DNA of 64,000 bases from Lobosporangium transversale (lineage: Eukaryota), in NCBI RefSeq assembly GCF_002105155.1, contig NW_019029008.1, positions 62,001-126,000 on the forward strand. The letters run 5' to 3'. This document shows, in pieces, positions 50,098 through 64,000 of this stretch (its first letter is position 1; every line of letters starts with the position of its first letter). Under the pieces are notes generated by a model. It was given only the letters and a program-made list of their open reading frames with translations. It did not search any database and was not told the DNA's origin. The position numbers and the translations under genes are program-made.

Positions 50098-53000
50098 TCA
50101 AAATGCAGGTGCGTGGACAGATGGTGTGGATGATGAGGCGGTAATTGCGGTTGCGGCTGTGGGCATGGGGGTTGGCTTGGTGGTAACAGGGGATGTCGAG
50201 CATGGGGTTGGGGCCGTATCTTGATCAGAAGACTCTTTATCATTCAGACTTGACATGGGTTGTGAGGATATAACAGAGTTTACGCCCGACTTTGGAGATC
50301 GCCGCAAGGTTGGCTCAGTCGAGCCGAGGACAGGAGGATTAGGGTTTGTTGGAGTGGTTATAGCCGTGGTGTTGGTAGTGACGGTACTAGAAGCTTTAAC
50401 AGCATCGACGGTGTCAAGTGGGGGAAGTGCTTGCGCTTGCCTCAGAGTTTGCTGAGGTTGGCATTGTTGATGCTGTTGCTGCTTTTTCTGCGATTGCTGA
50501 ATTGAGGAAAAAGAAGAGGCGCCACTAAGGCTATAACGACGACGTTGGCTCTGCTGCAGTTGCTGATCCTGCTCCTGCTGGAGCAGATGTGGGTCATGAT
50601 GATGATGATAATGGTGCTGGTGATGGTGATGCGTAAAACGCTGTTCCAGGAAAGCAGGTGCTGAAGACTGATGAAACTGGGCGCGGATGTCAATTCGTTC
50701 ACGTCGCTGCAATGAGGGTAACGAAGATGGAGTTGGGGGCTCAAAAAAGTCCTGATGTGTCCACCTGCGAAGAGAACGGTGACCAGGTGATTGATAGTAG
50801 GTGGGTGATGATGGGGATGATAGACATCCTTCCAAAATGTTTTGTTCCGAATCCAAATCATCCAGTCCTGAAGCCCCTCTTGATGTCTGGCTCAGATATC
50901 CCAACAGATTGCTACCAGTACGAGACCATCTGCTCTTGGTCACTCGAACCGTCGCAGCAGACCGTGCTTGAGTTGGAGTGTTGGGTGCAGTGGAGGGGGA
51001 GGTCACACCTTGATCCATAGCGTCCTTATTGTTGGCAAATGGGCTAGGCTTCAGCAAGAATCGCTTGAGTTTTGACAGAAACTTGGCACGTTGTTGCTCC
51101 TGTTGGCCTCCGCTGCCGCCGTTGCTATTATTGATAGTGTTATTGCTATCCAATGAGGGCAATAGTCTGTCATCCAAAAAAGAATCATCCTCATCGTCGC
51201 TGAAGCCTTCCAAGGGGGACCTTCTTTGATGCCTCTTGACTCGAATAGTAGCTCCCGCTGCTGCGAAGGGTCTATCTCGGCTACTATTGTTATATCTCAT
51301 CGTTGAGGTCGAATCCAAGGCACTATCATCATTTCGCCAGAACTGAAACAATGACAATGGTGTGCTTTGACGTCGCTGCGCCTTATATGTCTCCCTGAGT
51401 GCACGATCTTGCTCAGTCTCTTGCTCTTGCTCTTGCTGTTGCTCTTGCTTTTTCTGTTCTGCAAAGAAACGCCTTCGCATCGTGGATGTCATAGACATAG
51501 TACCAAGAATACTTCTTTTCTTCTTACTCACTTGAGGCTTCGCACCGCTACCGCCATCGTCCGGCTGTGGTGCAAATGACTGTCCATACGCATACTCTAC
51601 AGGACTGCGGCCACAGCTTTGAGCTTCTGACTCTAAAAGCGACTCCCGTCTTCGTTGGAGGTATTGCTGTTGAAGTGGAGCCTCGACCACAGTTGACAAG
51701 AACGGCATATTTTCTGGGCGTCTCCGATGATGATGTGCCGCCGTCGTATTGTTGTGGACAGAATGGGCGTGAGGATAGGAAGATGAATGCTGCTGTTGCT
51801 GGTCCACAGGGCCTATTTCCTCGGGATTGGAATGCATCAAGGGAGGAGGACAATGCTGGCAGTAGTAATGGTGATGAATATGATGCTCATGTACATGTAG
51901 CGGACCATTTATAGAGCCCAACATTTCTTCAGGCATGGTTCGAATATAAGGAACACTCATTCTCTTGATACCTGTCCGGTAACTGCTTTTGTGGCTACTG
52001 TCGCCACTGACGCTGATGCTTTCAGGAAGGTTTCCTTCAGCGTCCTTCCCTTTCACACCAGGATTGCTTATCACATCTGGTGCTGCAAGAGGAGCTGCTG
52101 AGCTATTATCAGGACGAGAGCACGAACTGGTGATCTTTGGACGTGCCGTGGCAGGTACCTTTGGCATAGTATTCATAACATCCTCGGTATTGAGATCATC
52201 TAGCGGATCACAGTATATAGGTAATGGCTGCACCTGCATTCGACTAGCCTGTGGCAAGTGCTGTTGCTTATCGAAACGTGGTGAGTCCTGTGTTTGACTT
52301 GAATTGGAGCCACTGGCCATGAGCTTTTCCATGGTTGCCACTGAAAATGGTCTAGGTTTCCTAGTACCACGCATGCTTCGTAGATTAGGCGTTGGTACCT
52401 TTGTGGTAGTACTCTGGGGAATATCACTTGATACAAGAACCGAGCTGTTGTTGTGAGGAAAACCCATGGCGGCATCAGCTACTGCGTGACGGTGTAATGA
52501 AGGCGATGCTTGTCCCTGCTCTAGTGTTTGGTTTAGGACGAAGGGGTTTTCTGTTGTTGCTTGTAAGGCTGATCCCCTTTCGCTAACACTATTACGCTGT
52601 ATCCTTAATGGCGAGCCACCGCCACTGCGATCATCGCGCCATCCGGATCCAGAAATAGGTACCTCTTTGGTATGGTTGACACTTGCATCGATATAATTAC
52701 CTGACAATGAGTTCAAAGGTCCTGCAGTACGTGCGGCCATCGCGACAAGCCTCTCCTTGGCAGCAACTTTACGAATAGAGCTTCCTGTGGCGCTGCTACC
52801 GCCTCCACCTCCATTGTCTTGGCCCTTTTGGTAGTCATGATCCTGAGTTGAGCTTGACTCTGCAGAGAAGCCGCGGGTCAGGATATCAGGGCGAGTTTTA
52901 GTGAACGGGGAGGAGGATAGCTGCATGTCCGTTTTCCTGAGGAGAGGATCAGGTATGGTCCGTGACCAAGCATCTGAAACCACAGACTGTGGCCGAGCAC

Positions 53001-55297
53001 GTGAATGGGACGTAGCTATGCTATGTGGCGTAATGGGCCGTGAATCAGACCTCGACCTCGATCTTGATCTGGATCTCGACTGGGACTTTGATCGGAGCCT
53101 TGACCTTGATCTAGATCTAGACCTAGATCTTGAATGGCCCTTGGATCTGGAAAGTTTATGTAACCCTGACCATATCGAGTCACGCTTAACGGTTATCTTG
53201 GCATTAGAATTAGAGAGAGGACGAGTGCCACCGCTGGATAGAGAGACAGGACTGAGAATGGCTGTAGTTTCAGCTTGAGTATGGTCATGAGGCTGCTTAG
53301 TCTGTATAGGATAAAGATCAGATGCAAGTGCTACTGCTCTTGAACGGATCCGACTGCTTACTCGGGGTCCTATGGACCTGTCCTCATCCACTGCATAATC
53401 ACAATCATCCTTTAGTGTTGCCTGCATAAGATTCGGACCATCATAAAAGAATATCTGTTCGCCACTACTATCCGTTGTTGTCCTCCCATGCTCTTGTAGA
53501 TACTTTGGCTGAGCAGTGCTGATGGTTTGGTCATGGTCGTTTTCCTCAAAGAGATATGATGGCTCATGTGACACTGAACTTGTGATGTTGTTATCGGTGA
53601 TATTTTTGTTGTGGTTGCATAGCTGCAGCTGCTCCTGCGAATGCAGCCCGTGATCATTTACATTATTGTGATTATTATTATTGTTGTTGATTGTATTGTT
53701 TATGTTTGGAAGCTGACGATGTGGTTTTTTTTCACGGGAAGAAATGGAAAAAGAAGCGTCGTCCTCTCTTTTGTCCGTGTCTCTGCCTTCGTCTCTGTCC
53801 ATCATAAAGGACAATTCATTATCGTCCCTCTCATCATCCTCATCATTTTGGTTGATATCAATATGACTGTGCTCATTATCATTTGTGTCGAAGGACAGGT
53901 GATCATCCATGGCTTCATAAAACGTGAGAGGCTCTTCGATATGGCAAAGCGGGATAAGAGAGGCGTGATATCGTGTCATAGTATAGCTCCATTGATCAGG
54001 AGGAGGATATTGGTTCATACTACTTTCTCCTATTAAAGTAAAAAGTAATTTATGGATGTGCGCGTGTTTTTTTTTTTTTTTTGTTTGTTTTGTTTTGTAT
54101 CCAGATGGTAATGACATGAACACAGTAAAGAAAAAAAAGGGGGGGAGCAGAGCAAATGTTAATAAGACAACTCTTGATAAAAAGAAGATGCTTCCCACAA
54201 ACAACAAGAGTAAAAGCCTCTTCCCCAAAAAATAAAAAAAAAAGTTTATCAAGGGTAATGATAATGGTAGTCTTTGAAGTAAAAAAAAAAAAAAAAAAAA
54301 AAAAAAGGCTGCATGCAACGGATTTTTTTTTATTTTACATAATCCAAAAAAAAAAAAAAAAAGGCGTTCAGGTGTCCAAGTGAATGGGAAATATGTAACA
54401 ACAAGGGTATTTTGAGAGTAAAAAAAAAAATAATTGAAAGGTCATGAGGGACAACATCATTTATGAACAATTTACTGCTGTTGTTGATTGCCCTTTTGTT
54501 TTTGTTTTTTGTTTTCTTCTTGGCTTACCAAGCACCGAAAATCCTGAGGTGTTGTTAAACAAATGAGCACTCCCTGGCACAGGCGACGTGACTCCAGAAG
54601 TTGATCGAGATGTGAGCTGTGAAGGCGAGCCCTGGCCCTGACCTTGACACTGGCCTCCTGTTGCTCCTGCTACTGCTGCACCTCCACTGGCACAGTCCAT
54701 TGACATACTCTCACGTTCCCGCTCACCCTCCCCCATTGTCGCATCTGAGAGTGCACTTGGTGAACAATCCTCCATTGACAACGGTTGTATGCCATAATGT
54801 TGCTGTTGCTGTTTCTGGTCATGTTGCTGCTGTAGCATCTGTATTTGCCGTTGGTGTTGCTGTTGTTGCTGTTTCTTTAGTGCAGCATTGATCTGAACAT
54901 GGTGCAATTGCTGTAGTTGTTGCTGCTGTTGTTGAAGCTGTTGTTTTGTTGAGAGGAGTGAGGTGTGGATGGTCAAATTTTTGATTGTCAATGGTGGTGG
55001 AGGTAACAGAACAAGCCCTGATGCTGCAATTGTAGATGAGAGTGACGCCACAGAATTACCGATATTCGATCCTTGGGCCACTTGCTGCAAAAGTTGTGCA
55101 AGCTGGGCCTGTTGTTGCCCCTGAATGTCAATAACGGAGTCACATTCGGGGGTTGTCCCCAATGCACCAATACCATGACCACTACCACTATTACTTGGTT
55201 TTGTAGCCGGTCCAGGCCCCTGTCCTGAGGAATACAGGACGTTTGTTTCAGGAGATGCTGTGGAGTTAAAGATGGGCACTGATAATGGTAAGGACAT
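50098..55297 (-). CDS. Large low-complexity protein of unknown function (~1,570 aa)
   Basis: Exon 55297-54529 (poly-Q) joins in phase via GTAAGC...TAG to exon 54029-50098 (...FSVLG|ESSMNQYPP...). Contains RS-dipeptide, poly-H, poly-Q and poly-N tracts. Confidence 0.78.
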
Positions 55298-57833
55298 CAC
55301 GCCCGTGTAAGAAATGTAAAGAGTTGAACTTTGTCAATATTCAATATGGTTGCTATGTATGGGATATGGAGAGATTGATGAGGATGGGAGTAAAATGAAA
55401 GCAAGAGATTAAGAACTGTGCGAGTAGAGGAGAGAAGGAGAGGGAGACAAAGGGGAGATGTAAAGCACAGGATTTACCAAACCCAAAGAATACCAAAAAA
55501 AAAAAAAAAAAAAAAAGAAATCAATGGTCACCAGGCCAAGGAAGATGTAAAGTCGTCCAAATTTGTTTTTATCTCTATTGGGAAAGAATCTGCCAGAAAA
55601 AATAATCACTCAAGAGGAGAGGGACAAAGGGGGTGGTTATCAAGGATACTGATGGTGAGAAGATATCAACAATTGCAACCAAATAAAAGAAAAAAAGAGA
55701 GAAGAGTGAGAATGAAATGAAAAGAGAAAGAGATCAATGCAAAGAGAAAAGAAAAAGCAAGATTTGTATATGGATGCGGAGTGTATCAGTGAAAGGAAAA
55801 CCTTTCAGGATAGATCTCATGGAACATGCAGCTGCATGCTTGCTGGGTTTACTGCTATCATATTTTTTGAACGGATTTGAAGGGATGGAGGAGCATGCGT
55901 TGTTGTTATCGTTGACGCTGTTACCATTGCTTCTGTTTGTCGTATTCTCCTTTTTTTTTTTTTTTTTTCATTCATGTCATGACGCTTCTGCAAGATGAGG
56001 TCGAACCTTTGTCATCCATCTTTCAGAGAAAAAAAAGGGAGACAGACGATCTTTGCATCCAACCGTCAATAAACATTGGATAATATGAAGAAAGCGGCTT
56101 TTCAATTCAATTTTGCAGTTTACTGACAATGATAAAAAAAACTTCTTCCCAAACGCCCACAGAGCATGCTTCTGTGAACTTTTTATCATAGTAAATAGTA
56201 CATCAACAATTGCCTTCAGCAGCACCAACACCAGCACCAGCACCTAATGCCAGCATCAACACTAATACCGGTCCTAGTATCAGCAAGTAAAGCTGGTATT
56301 AACCATAAAGTTCTCATCCCTTCATTTTCATATTCCCTACTGGCTCTCTTTATTCTTGTGTAATATTTTCGTTCATGAGAAGAGGGAGAGGCGAAGGCGT
56401 ATTAGAAACACTAACTTTTATGTGATAATGATGCAGGTCACCATTTCATTCAATTCTGTGCAGCCACATAAAGATGACAAAGCTGTTGCCAAATGCAAAA
56501 TAAACAAACAAACAACAAACAAAAAGAAAAAGAAACTGCTCAATGTTGAACTGTGTGTTTTATTCACACTTGGGTATAGCTATGTATGTCTCGACGCGTT
56601 TATGGCTGGAAAGTATTACGAACTGCTAATAAAGCAGATAGGGTTGGATACATGACAGATTAAGAAACAAGAGGAAAGGAGAAGGCTACTCCTTTCCTAT
56701 CCTGGGTCCTCAATGGCTCGCTCCACTTGATATCACTTTACTCCACAATCAAAACTGGTATAGTCTATTCTCAGACGCGTCCTCCTATCATTGTACTCCA
56801 CTGTATATACATGCTATACATGTACTTTTTTTCCCCCCCAGTCTTTTTTTGACTTAAATGCATGGGCCATGTTTGTATTGATCGAAAAGTCTATCTCTTC
56901 TCTTCATTTTCTCTTGAAACCAATGATGAATTCTAAACTCAAAACCAGGGTTACAAAAATCGACACAGACACAGACAAATGTAAAGGAAAGATAATGGAG
57001 AGATTGTTGAGGGAGTAAAAAAAAAAAAAATTCAGGCTCATTCAATATCTGATGTGATTACACATGACACACATAATTCAGATTTCGAGCTACTACAACG
57101 TGCTCATTTTGATACACATACACACCCTATTTATCATTTGAAACAAAACAGCAAAGCATCTTCCATATCCCCTGACATTCATTTAAAAACATTAAAGACA
57201 CGATTTTTTTTTCTTTTTTTCCGCTGTGCATTCTTGCAATTTTATACGAGATATTTACATTTGGAGGAGGTCAAACGAGGACTCGGAAGAGCAAATAGCA
57301 AACAGGAAGAGGATAAGGACAATGATGACGACTTGAGGAAAAAAAAGGGAAAAAAAAATGAACAATGAACAATGATAATTTGGGAGAGAATAAACTACTA
57401 TACTATAAAGTACACATATGTGTACATAATACTAGCTGAGATGACAGATTGAGTGCAAAAGAAGATGACGAAATACAATCAAAGTGGCGAATGAATGAGT
57501 AGATTGAGAGAGGATAACGCTGACAAGTTAACTAAAACAAGAAAATAAAAAAATAAAAAAATAAAGAAAGTCCACAAAAATGTAGTATTAAGAAGAGAAG
57601 CAATAAAAAATATATATATAAAGAGAAATAAGGGTAAATAAACAGAAAAGAAAGGAAAAGAAAGAAAGAAAGGATATGGTTTTTTTTTTTTTTTTTTTTT
57701 TTTTGTGGTAGCAGCTGTAAATGAACAAAGCAAATGCATACACAGCTTTTGCATTTACTTGCTCCACGATATTGTGCTGATTTTTTTTTTTCTTTCTTTT
57801 CCTTTCCTTTCCTCCTCGTCATTTTCCTTCTAT

Positions 57834-57900
57834 TTAACCTCTCCAAGGTTCGCTGCTTAGATCTGTAGCGCCAGCGGATGATCCAACGCTGCCTTCGTTT

Positions 57901-57938
<38 letters not shown>

Positions 57939-58266
57939 TCCTCCATTGGCATCATAATTCTCCATTTCAGTTTGATAACGCTTTTTGTCGTTCTCTGCCA
58001 TCGATCCATACGACTCTTTCTCCTGTTCTGACAATTTTTGCCACTCCTCACCAAGCATCTTGGTAATTTCAGTTGGCTTGAACTCTGGGTGTTTCTTCTT
58101 GATATCATCTCTATATTAGTAGAAAGCATGACATTGTATACAAAAAATAAAATAAAATAAATTAGAATACAATAAAAATTAATAACTTTTTTTTTTTTTT
58201 TTTTAGTTTTGAAATAGAGTAATAATAAAAGTCATGTGGTCGATCTGCAATGATGCCATTGGATGG

Positions 58267-58301
<35 letters not shown>

Positions 58302-59603
58302 ACAATACCTTTTCATGAGAGTGAAAAAGATATAAGAGTTCCTTGGCCTCTTGGGGCTGTTCTTATCCTTGACCTGTGCAGCAACAACGGGCTTCTTTGG
58401 CTTCTTCTTTGAGATTCCACCGCCTACGACAGGACCCAAAGCTCCGGGTCGATTGTGCATACCCATATGCTGCTGCATTCCTTGTGGATGATGGAGAAGA
58501 TGTGGTGATGGCTGTGGGTATGGGTGTTGCTGCAGTCCATGTGGATGAAATGGTTGCTGATGTTGTAAAGGAGACTGGACATGATGTTGACCATATGGAC
58601 TTGATGGTCCACCAACTGATCCACCGACTAGACCGCCCCAGCCCCCCAGACGATCCCCTCCCATTGGGGTCATACCAGGCATTCCAGGAATACCGCCCAG
58701 ACCTCCCATCTGTGTTCCCATACCGTTCATACCGTTCATAGCCATATTCGGCATCCCACCCATGGCCATGCCTGCCTTAACAGGTACACGTGCTTGCTGT
58801 GCTGACATGTTTCGCATTGCACCCGGTCCAGCTGCTCCTGCACCACCCGCATGATTTGCACCTAGAAGATCGGGGATCATTCCGTTGGGTTGTGCCCACG
58901 TCATATCCCCTGGACGAGCCCCATTCCTATTGATCATCTGCATGTTTGGATCCATGTACCGTGAAGCCTGAAGACGAGAATCATAGCGAGCATCTCCTGG
59001 GTATATCGGATGTCCATGCATCAGACCAGGCATACCTGGATGATGTGCCTGAGGAGACTGCTGATAAGGAGATTGCGTAGAGGTAATGGGCTGGTGAGCT
59101 GGGCGCTGGAGAGACTGCTGCTGTTGATGCTGTTGATGCTGTTGCTGCGGCGTTTGGGGATGCTGTTGAGGAGGTGTGACTTGGTGTGTTTGGATTTGTT
59201 GAGGATGTGGTGATTGCTGTGCATCTGTTAGTTGAGCTCCAGTGGGCGTGCTCAGTGGTGCACCAGAGACAGAAGTAGTAACAGACACTCCGGGGGTCGG
59301 TGGTGGTACTGATCCAGCATCCTGATGGTAAGAAAACTGAAAGTTGTTTGTTCCATTAGGTGCATAGGCTCCTGTATTGTTGGCAGCATTATTAGTGGTG
59401 TTGTGCATAGGTGGTAATGATGGTGGCGTTGCGGGGCTGGGAACGGCATAGGATCCAGGATGACTGAAGTTCATGTTACCACCGTTCATGTTGCCGTAGA
59501 TACTCTGATATCCTCCATAGTTGGGTCCTGAAGCAGTGTTGGCAGCCATCAGAGCGGGATCAGAATCAAATTGTATGGGGGGACTGGCCATATCTGAGGA
59601 CAT
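57834..59603 (-). CDS. HMG-box protein (Nhp6/HMGB-type box) with long Q/G/M/P-rich N-terminus
   Basis: Exons 59603-58309 and 58110-57834: KDKNSPKRPRNSYIFF...R|DDIKKKHPEFKPTEITKMLGEEWQKLSEQEKESY...DKKRYQTEMENY. Confidence 0.92.
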
Positions 59604-59998
59604 GGGCTATAATTATTTAGGGTATCTCGACTCGAAAACAAGGATGGCTGTTGTTTTTGCTTGTATTGATTATGCGAAAAGATTGTGTCTGTACTCCCAG
59701 GGACCTGTCTTATCTATGAATGTGATGCGTATGTTTTTCAACCAGAGTAAAACGTAAACAGACGCAAGTAAAAGCAAAAACGAGAAAAGAAGGAGAGAGA
59801 GGGGAGGAGAAAGAAAAGAGAAGGATGAGTAAGTGAGTGAATAAAATAAGTGAAAGAAAGACAGAAAAGGGAAAAAGAGAAAAAGGGAAAAAAAGAAAAG
59901 AAAGGTATTAAGGTCAAAGAAGATGGGGACTATGAATCGGAATAACAATAAATAAAGAAATGGATAGAATGTCAAATCCTCATCCCTAGTTCTCACGG

Positions 59999-60032
<34 letters not shown>

Positions 60033-60182
60033 GCACTAAATACGTCTATTTTGTACTGTCTTTCTTTGTTACTCTCACGGATACCGCTGAAATGGATATC
60101 AGCACTCAATAAGGATCATGATGAGAAAAGACAGACAACTTCAAGATTTGATTCAGGAACCATCTCCTGGGAGAAGAAAAGT

Positions 60183-60213
<31 letters not shown>

Positions 60214-61117
60214 TGACAAGAATTCTCGTTTTACTTCTTTCTTGAGCCAAGCCTCTCTCTCCCTCAGTCCCTGCCTCACTGTTATCTCCTGTGGATATTG
60301 TCTCTCTTTATTACCCTCTCTTCTTTTCACTCCTTCCAACTTGTTGCAATAGAGAAAATTGTTTTACGACCCTTGCACTAGCATTGCCTGCAGATAATGC
60401 AGATATCAATCCATGGCTGGTTCCCTTGTTTTTTTTTTCTGGTCCGCTGGGCATGATGTGGTCACAAAATACTTATTTTTCCATAAACAGAGCAAGCGTA
60501 AGCGCATTTTTTTTTTAACTTATTTAAGCGCCTGCTTTTTCATTGGGCGTAATAAATACAAAATGTAAACAAATCAAAACAAAAAAAAAATTATCCCAGT
60601 GGCAAAAAAAATAAAAAGGGCACCCAGGAAGGACACAGTGAGAAAAAAAAAAATCAATCTCTCAAACAGAGATCCAAGGGCGCTCGTGGAACAATACTTT
60701 AAACAGGGGAAACAAGCTTGATGTCAAACGTTTTTGAAACTTGTCCTCAGCCTGTGTAGATTTGAATGATCGTCGTTGAAAATCATATTATAATCAAACA
60801 TACCATTACTCCTTTTCAACAAAAAAAATATTAAAAAGATGAGGTGATCCCGAGCCAATCAAAGTCAATAAGCTTTGTTTTCTTTGATAAAGAACATCAA
60901 CAGTCAGTCAGAAGTGAGGTCCTTGTTTTTTTTAAATAAAAACTGATGCTGATCGAACGAAGCGAGTAATAGAACATGAAGGATAGAAAAAGGACAAGAA
61001 AAAGAAAAGAAAATAATAATAATAATAAAGATAATCATCCTTGATCCTTTTATCATCAACACCTTGTCATTCATGTTCTGTTTCATCTTTCTTCCTTTAC
61101 TAGTATGAGAAAATACG

Positions 61118-61150
<33 letters not shown>

Positions 61151-61724
61151 TCTTCCCAATAAAAAAAAATAAAATAAAATAAAATAAATCTGATTCCCAA
61201 CTTCTATTTTTTTTTTTTTTTTTTTTTACACTTACAAAACTGAGAGAAGGAGTCAATGACGAGAAGGAAGAGGAAGAGCTGGTTGATGTCGGGCTGTTGG
61301 GACGATTTTTTTTATAAGGTTGATGATGATGATGAATGCTCTCGATTTTTTTTTTTTAAAAAAAAAAAAAGTCCTGTGTTGTGTTGATCTGGGTGTAACA
61401 CCTATTCTTTCTGTTCTGTAATAGTAAATGTAATAGTAGATAAGAAAGAAGGAGATCGTAGTTAGCAACCTTGATGTTCCTTAATTAATCCACGTTTTCA
61501 CAGAATAAAGATCTTCGTCCTCTTAATGTCATTTATACAATATGCCATGTTATGAATATAAAAAAATAAAAAAAACAAAAAAAAGGCGTAGGGCATGGGA
61601 TGCAATCAATTATTAATAAAAGGAAAAAATAATCCCTTTCTTTTTTTTTATAATATTTTATTATCAATGAAGGATAGGGGGAAAAGTTGGGTCAGGTCAT
61701 TGAAAAATATTTATGCATCAATCA

Positions 61725-61755
<31 letters not shown>

Positions 61756-62581
61756 GGTCAGTCGAAAACATCATGTTGCAAAACAACTGCTTAGGAACGA
61801 GAAATAGATAATAGAGTTAGTTATGGCCGAGATTCAAAGAGTGAAGAATGTTCGAAGAAAAGAAAAAGAACAAAATAAAAAAAAAAAAGGTACATGTACT
61901 TGTATTTTGGACAGGAGTAATCGAGAAGTGTTTGGTGTGGGTCCGAGTAAATACGAGAAACCCAGGATGACTAACAGTGCAAGATAGATTGACAAAAATA
62001 ATTGATGATCCAAACGCACCAACAGTTTTGTAAAAGTTTTTTTTTTTATGAGACAAAGCAAACCAAATGAACGAGATGAAGAGTGAAAATGAGAAAGTCT
62101 AACGGCTAGATAAAAGACAGGGAAGAAGGAGATAAAGACGAGAGGGGGGGGGGGAGGACAAAAGATGAGGCAACGAAAAACAGAGCACTAACGCGCCAAA
62201 TGCGTGTGAATGTAGGAGAGAATTGTGTGTTTTTGTTCTCTGTGTGTGTATATGTGTGTGTTTGTGCTTTTGTGTGTTGTTCTCTGTAGGATGGATGAGA
62301 TAGATGGACGTCCATGCACGACACGTTCATTGCGCTTTGCTTGGAGAGACATCATCAAAAGTGAATGTTAAATGTGCGTGAATGTATCAATGATTGGCGT
62401 CTTTGTCAGCACCCTCAAACATACATTGAAGTGGATAAGGATAGATTCAGAAGGGTATTGAACTAAACAATTAGGTGATTGATTGATAAATAACTCACCA
62501 CAAATAGGGACAAGCAAGGAAGTCAGAGAAGAGAAAGAGGGAAACAGAAGCAACAGACAGACAGACAGAAGAAAGAGAGAT

Positions 62582-62584
<3 letters not shown>

Positions 62585-62626
<42 letters not shown>
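62585..62626. repeat. (GA)n microsatellite
   Basis: About 20 consecutive AG units. Confidence 0.95.
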
Positions 62627-62631
<5 letters not shown>

Positions 62632-64000
62632 AACAGACACAGAAGCGAGGACAAAAGAAAAAGGCAAAAGGGACACCCATGCAAACGAAACTCGAAAAAA
62701 AAAAAAAAACCAAAAAAAACGAACCTTCCAATGCAAACAATAAAGAGTGTCTTGACTCAATTGGTATCGTATGTATCGTATACATTTCAATCCAACTCAA
62801 TCCGCTTTTGTTGCGGGAAACGAGGAGCTGCTGGCTGGTGCGGGTACAAAAATAATGGGACAAAAAGGGCGGCTCCGCTACTTTGGGATAAAAAAAAAAA
62901 AAGACAGCCTACTTTCACCATTCCACATGAAGAAAAAAAAAAAAAACTCGGTCTAACTATGAACCTGTTACTTTGGCTTTTTGCCCAGGACCTGGATCTG
63001 GACCCTATTCAGAACTGTAATATGCAGCCATAGCGCACTTATGAGCAAAGTCTGCACAGCGATATCATTGTACCGGTCGCTCCACCAACCACCATCTTCT
63101 CCATCATTAAATGCCATGTCTCGTCTTAGTCAGAGTTTTCCTTTTTTTTTTTTTTCTTTTTTTTTCCGCGAGTCATACTCCCGAGCGGGAGAGAAACGGA
63201 ATACTTGTAGCTCTTTTGACCCTTCTGTTTATCACTAAATGAAAGCTTGCTTGCTCCTTTTCTTTTTTTGCCCCCTTTATTTTATTTTATTTTTTTATTT
63301 TGAAAGCTTTAATAGGATCCAAGAAAAGAGAAAAAGAGGAGAAGGTATATATATATATATATATCTGTCTATTTTTTTTTTATTTTTTTGTTTTTTAATG
63401 TAGCTCGTAAATGAAAGAGCTTTCAATTCTCATTCATATAAAATAACCACCAGAAAGTAACAGTAAAAAGATATTTCCAAGTCTGGGGATCCAATGTCCA
63501 TATCGTGTCGTTTCGCAAAAAAAAATAAAAAAAAAAAAGTATGGCTAAACAATTTCATGCTGTAAACAAAAACAAAAAAAGTTGGGTTTGTTTGTGGACT
63601 ACGTGTAACATTAAGCGGCGTCAGATGCTTTTTCATGGTGTTTCGTCTTTGACTCAAAAGGTTACAAATCATGCTGATGGTGGCAACAGTCCATTATCCT
63701 GTCTGGAACATCATTTATCGATGGAAAAGAGACAAAGAAAAAGATGTATCACGGATGCCTTCCAAAGGATTAGGATATTGCATGGTCTCGACAAATGCTT
63801 TTTTTTATTATTACTATTATTATTAGTGTATATAAAAATATTTATTCACCCAATTTAATCCGCAAATAGTATTCTGTCCAGTTTACTGTATATTCCATGA
63901 ATTAGTAAAATGTAATGATTGATAATAATAATAAAAAAAAAAACCCCCTTCACATTGTGCGATATCATTGTATACAAAAAGATGTGCCTTTTTCTGTAAT

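Noticed and set aside
57834..59603. HMG gene as a sexP/sexM mating-type locus
   Set aside because: The box is Nhp6/HMGB-like (PKRPRNSYIFF) and no triose-phosphate transporter or RNA helicase gene flanks it in this window.
59670..64000. Numerous short poly-F/poly-K ORFs
   Set aside because: By-products of poly(T)/poly(A) and GA repeats; the same applies to antisense ORFs overlapping real genes across the window.

Overview
Eukaryotic, intron-rich, AT-rich fungal genomic DNA with very frequent 20-30 nt poly(A)/poly(T) runs. Gene content (cobalamin adenosyltransferase, Crinkler-like and F-box-like relics) points to an early-diverging fungus, most likely Mortierellaceae (inference). About 19 protein-coding genes were spliced by hand: a 5' part of an unknown gene, MMAB, acyl-protein thioesterase, a 58-aa COX9-like gene absent from the ORF track, RAD18, ribosomal eL33, FAHD1, a paxillin-like LIM protein, an MFS transporter, an SDR, mitochondrial bS6m, a citrate carrier, a PMT, an HMG-box protein, two unknown proteins and two copies of a secreted beta-trefoil-like protein. 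The most unusual structure is at 35.7-45.2 kb. Four copies of the secreted-protein gene are arranged mirror-wise (<- <- -> ->), with intact, near-identical outer copies and decayed inner copies. Next to them lies a ~545-bp-arm inverted repeat around a CENP-B/pogo-like HTH fragment. Other items: tandem snR13-like C/D snoRNAs in introns of an apparently non-coding host gene, an orphan C/D snoRNA candidate, a probable degenerate Fanzor/TnpB-like nuclease relic, back-to-back RPN6/RPN7 gene fragments, and Helitron and Ty3/Gypsy relics. All family assignments come from motif recognition by eye, without database searches; exon boundaries may be off by a few bases.
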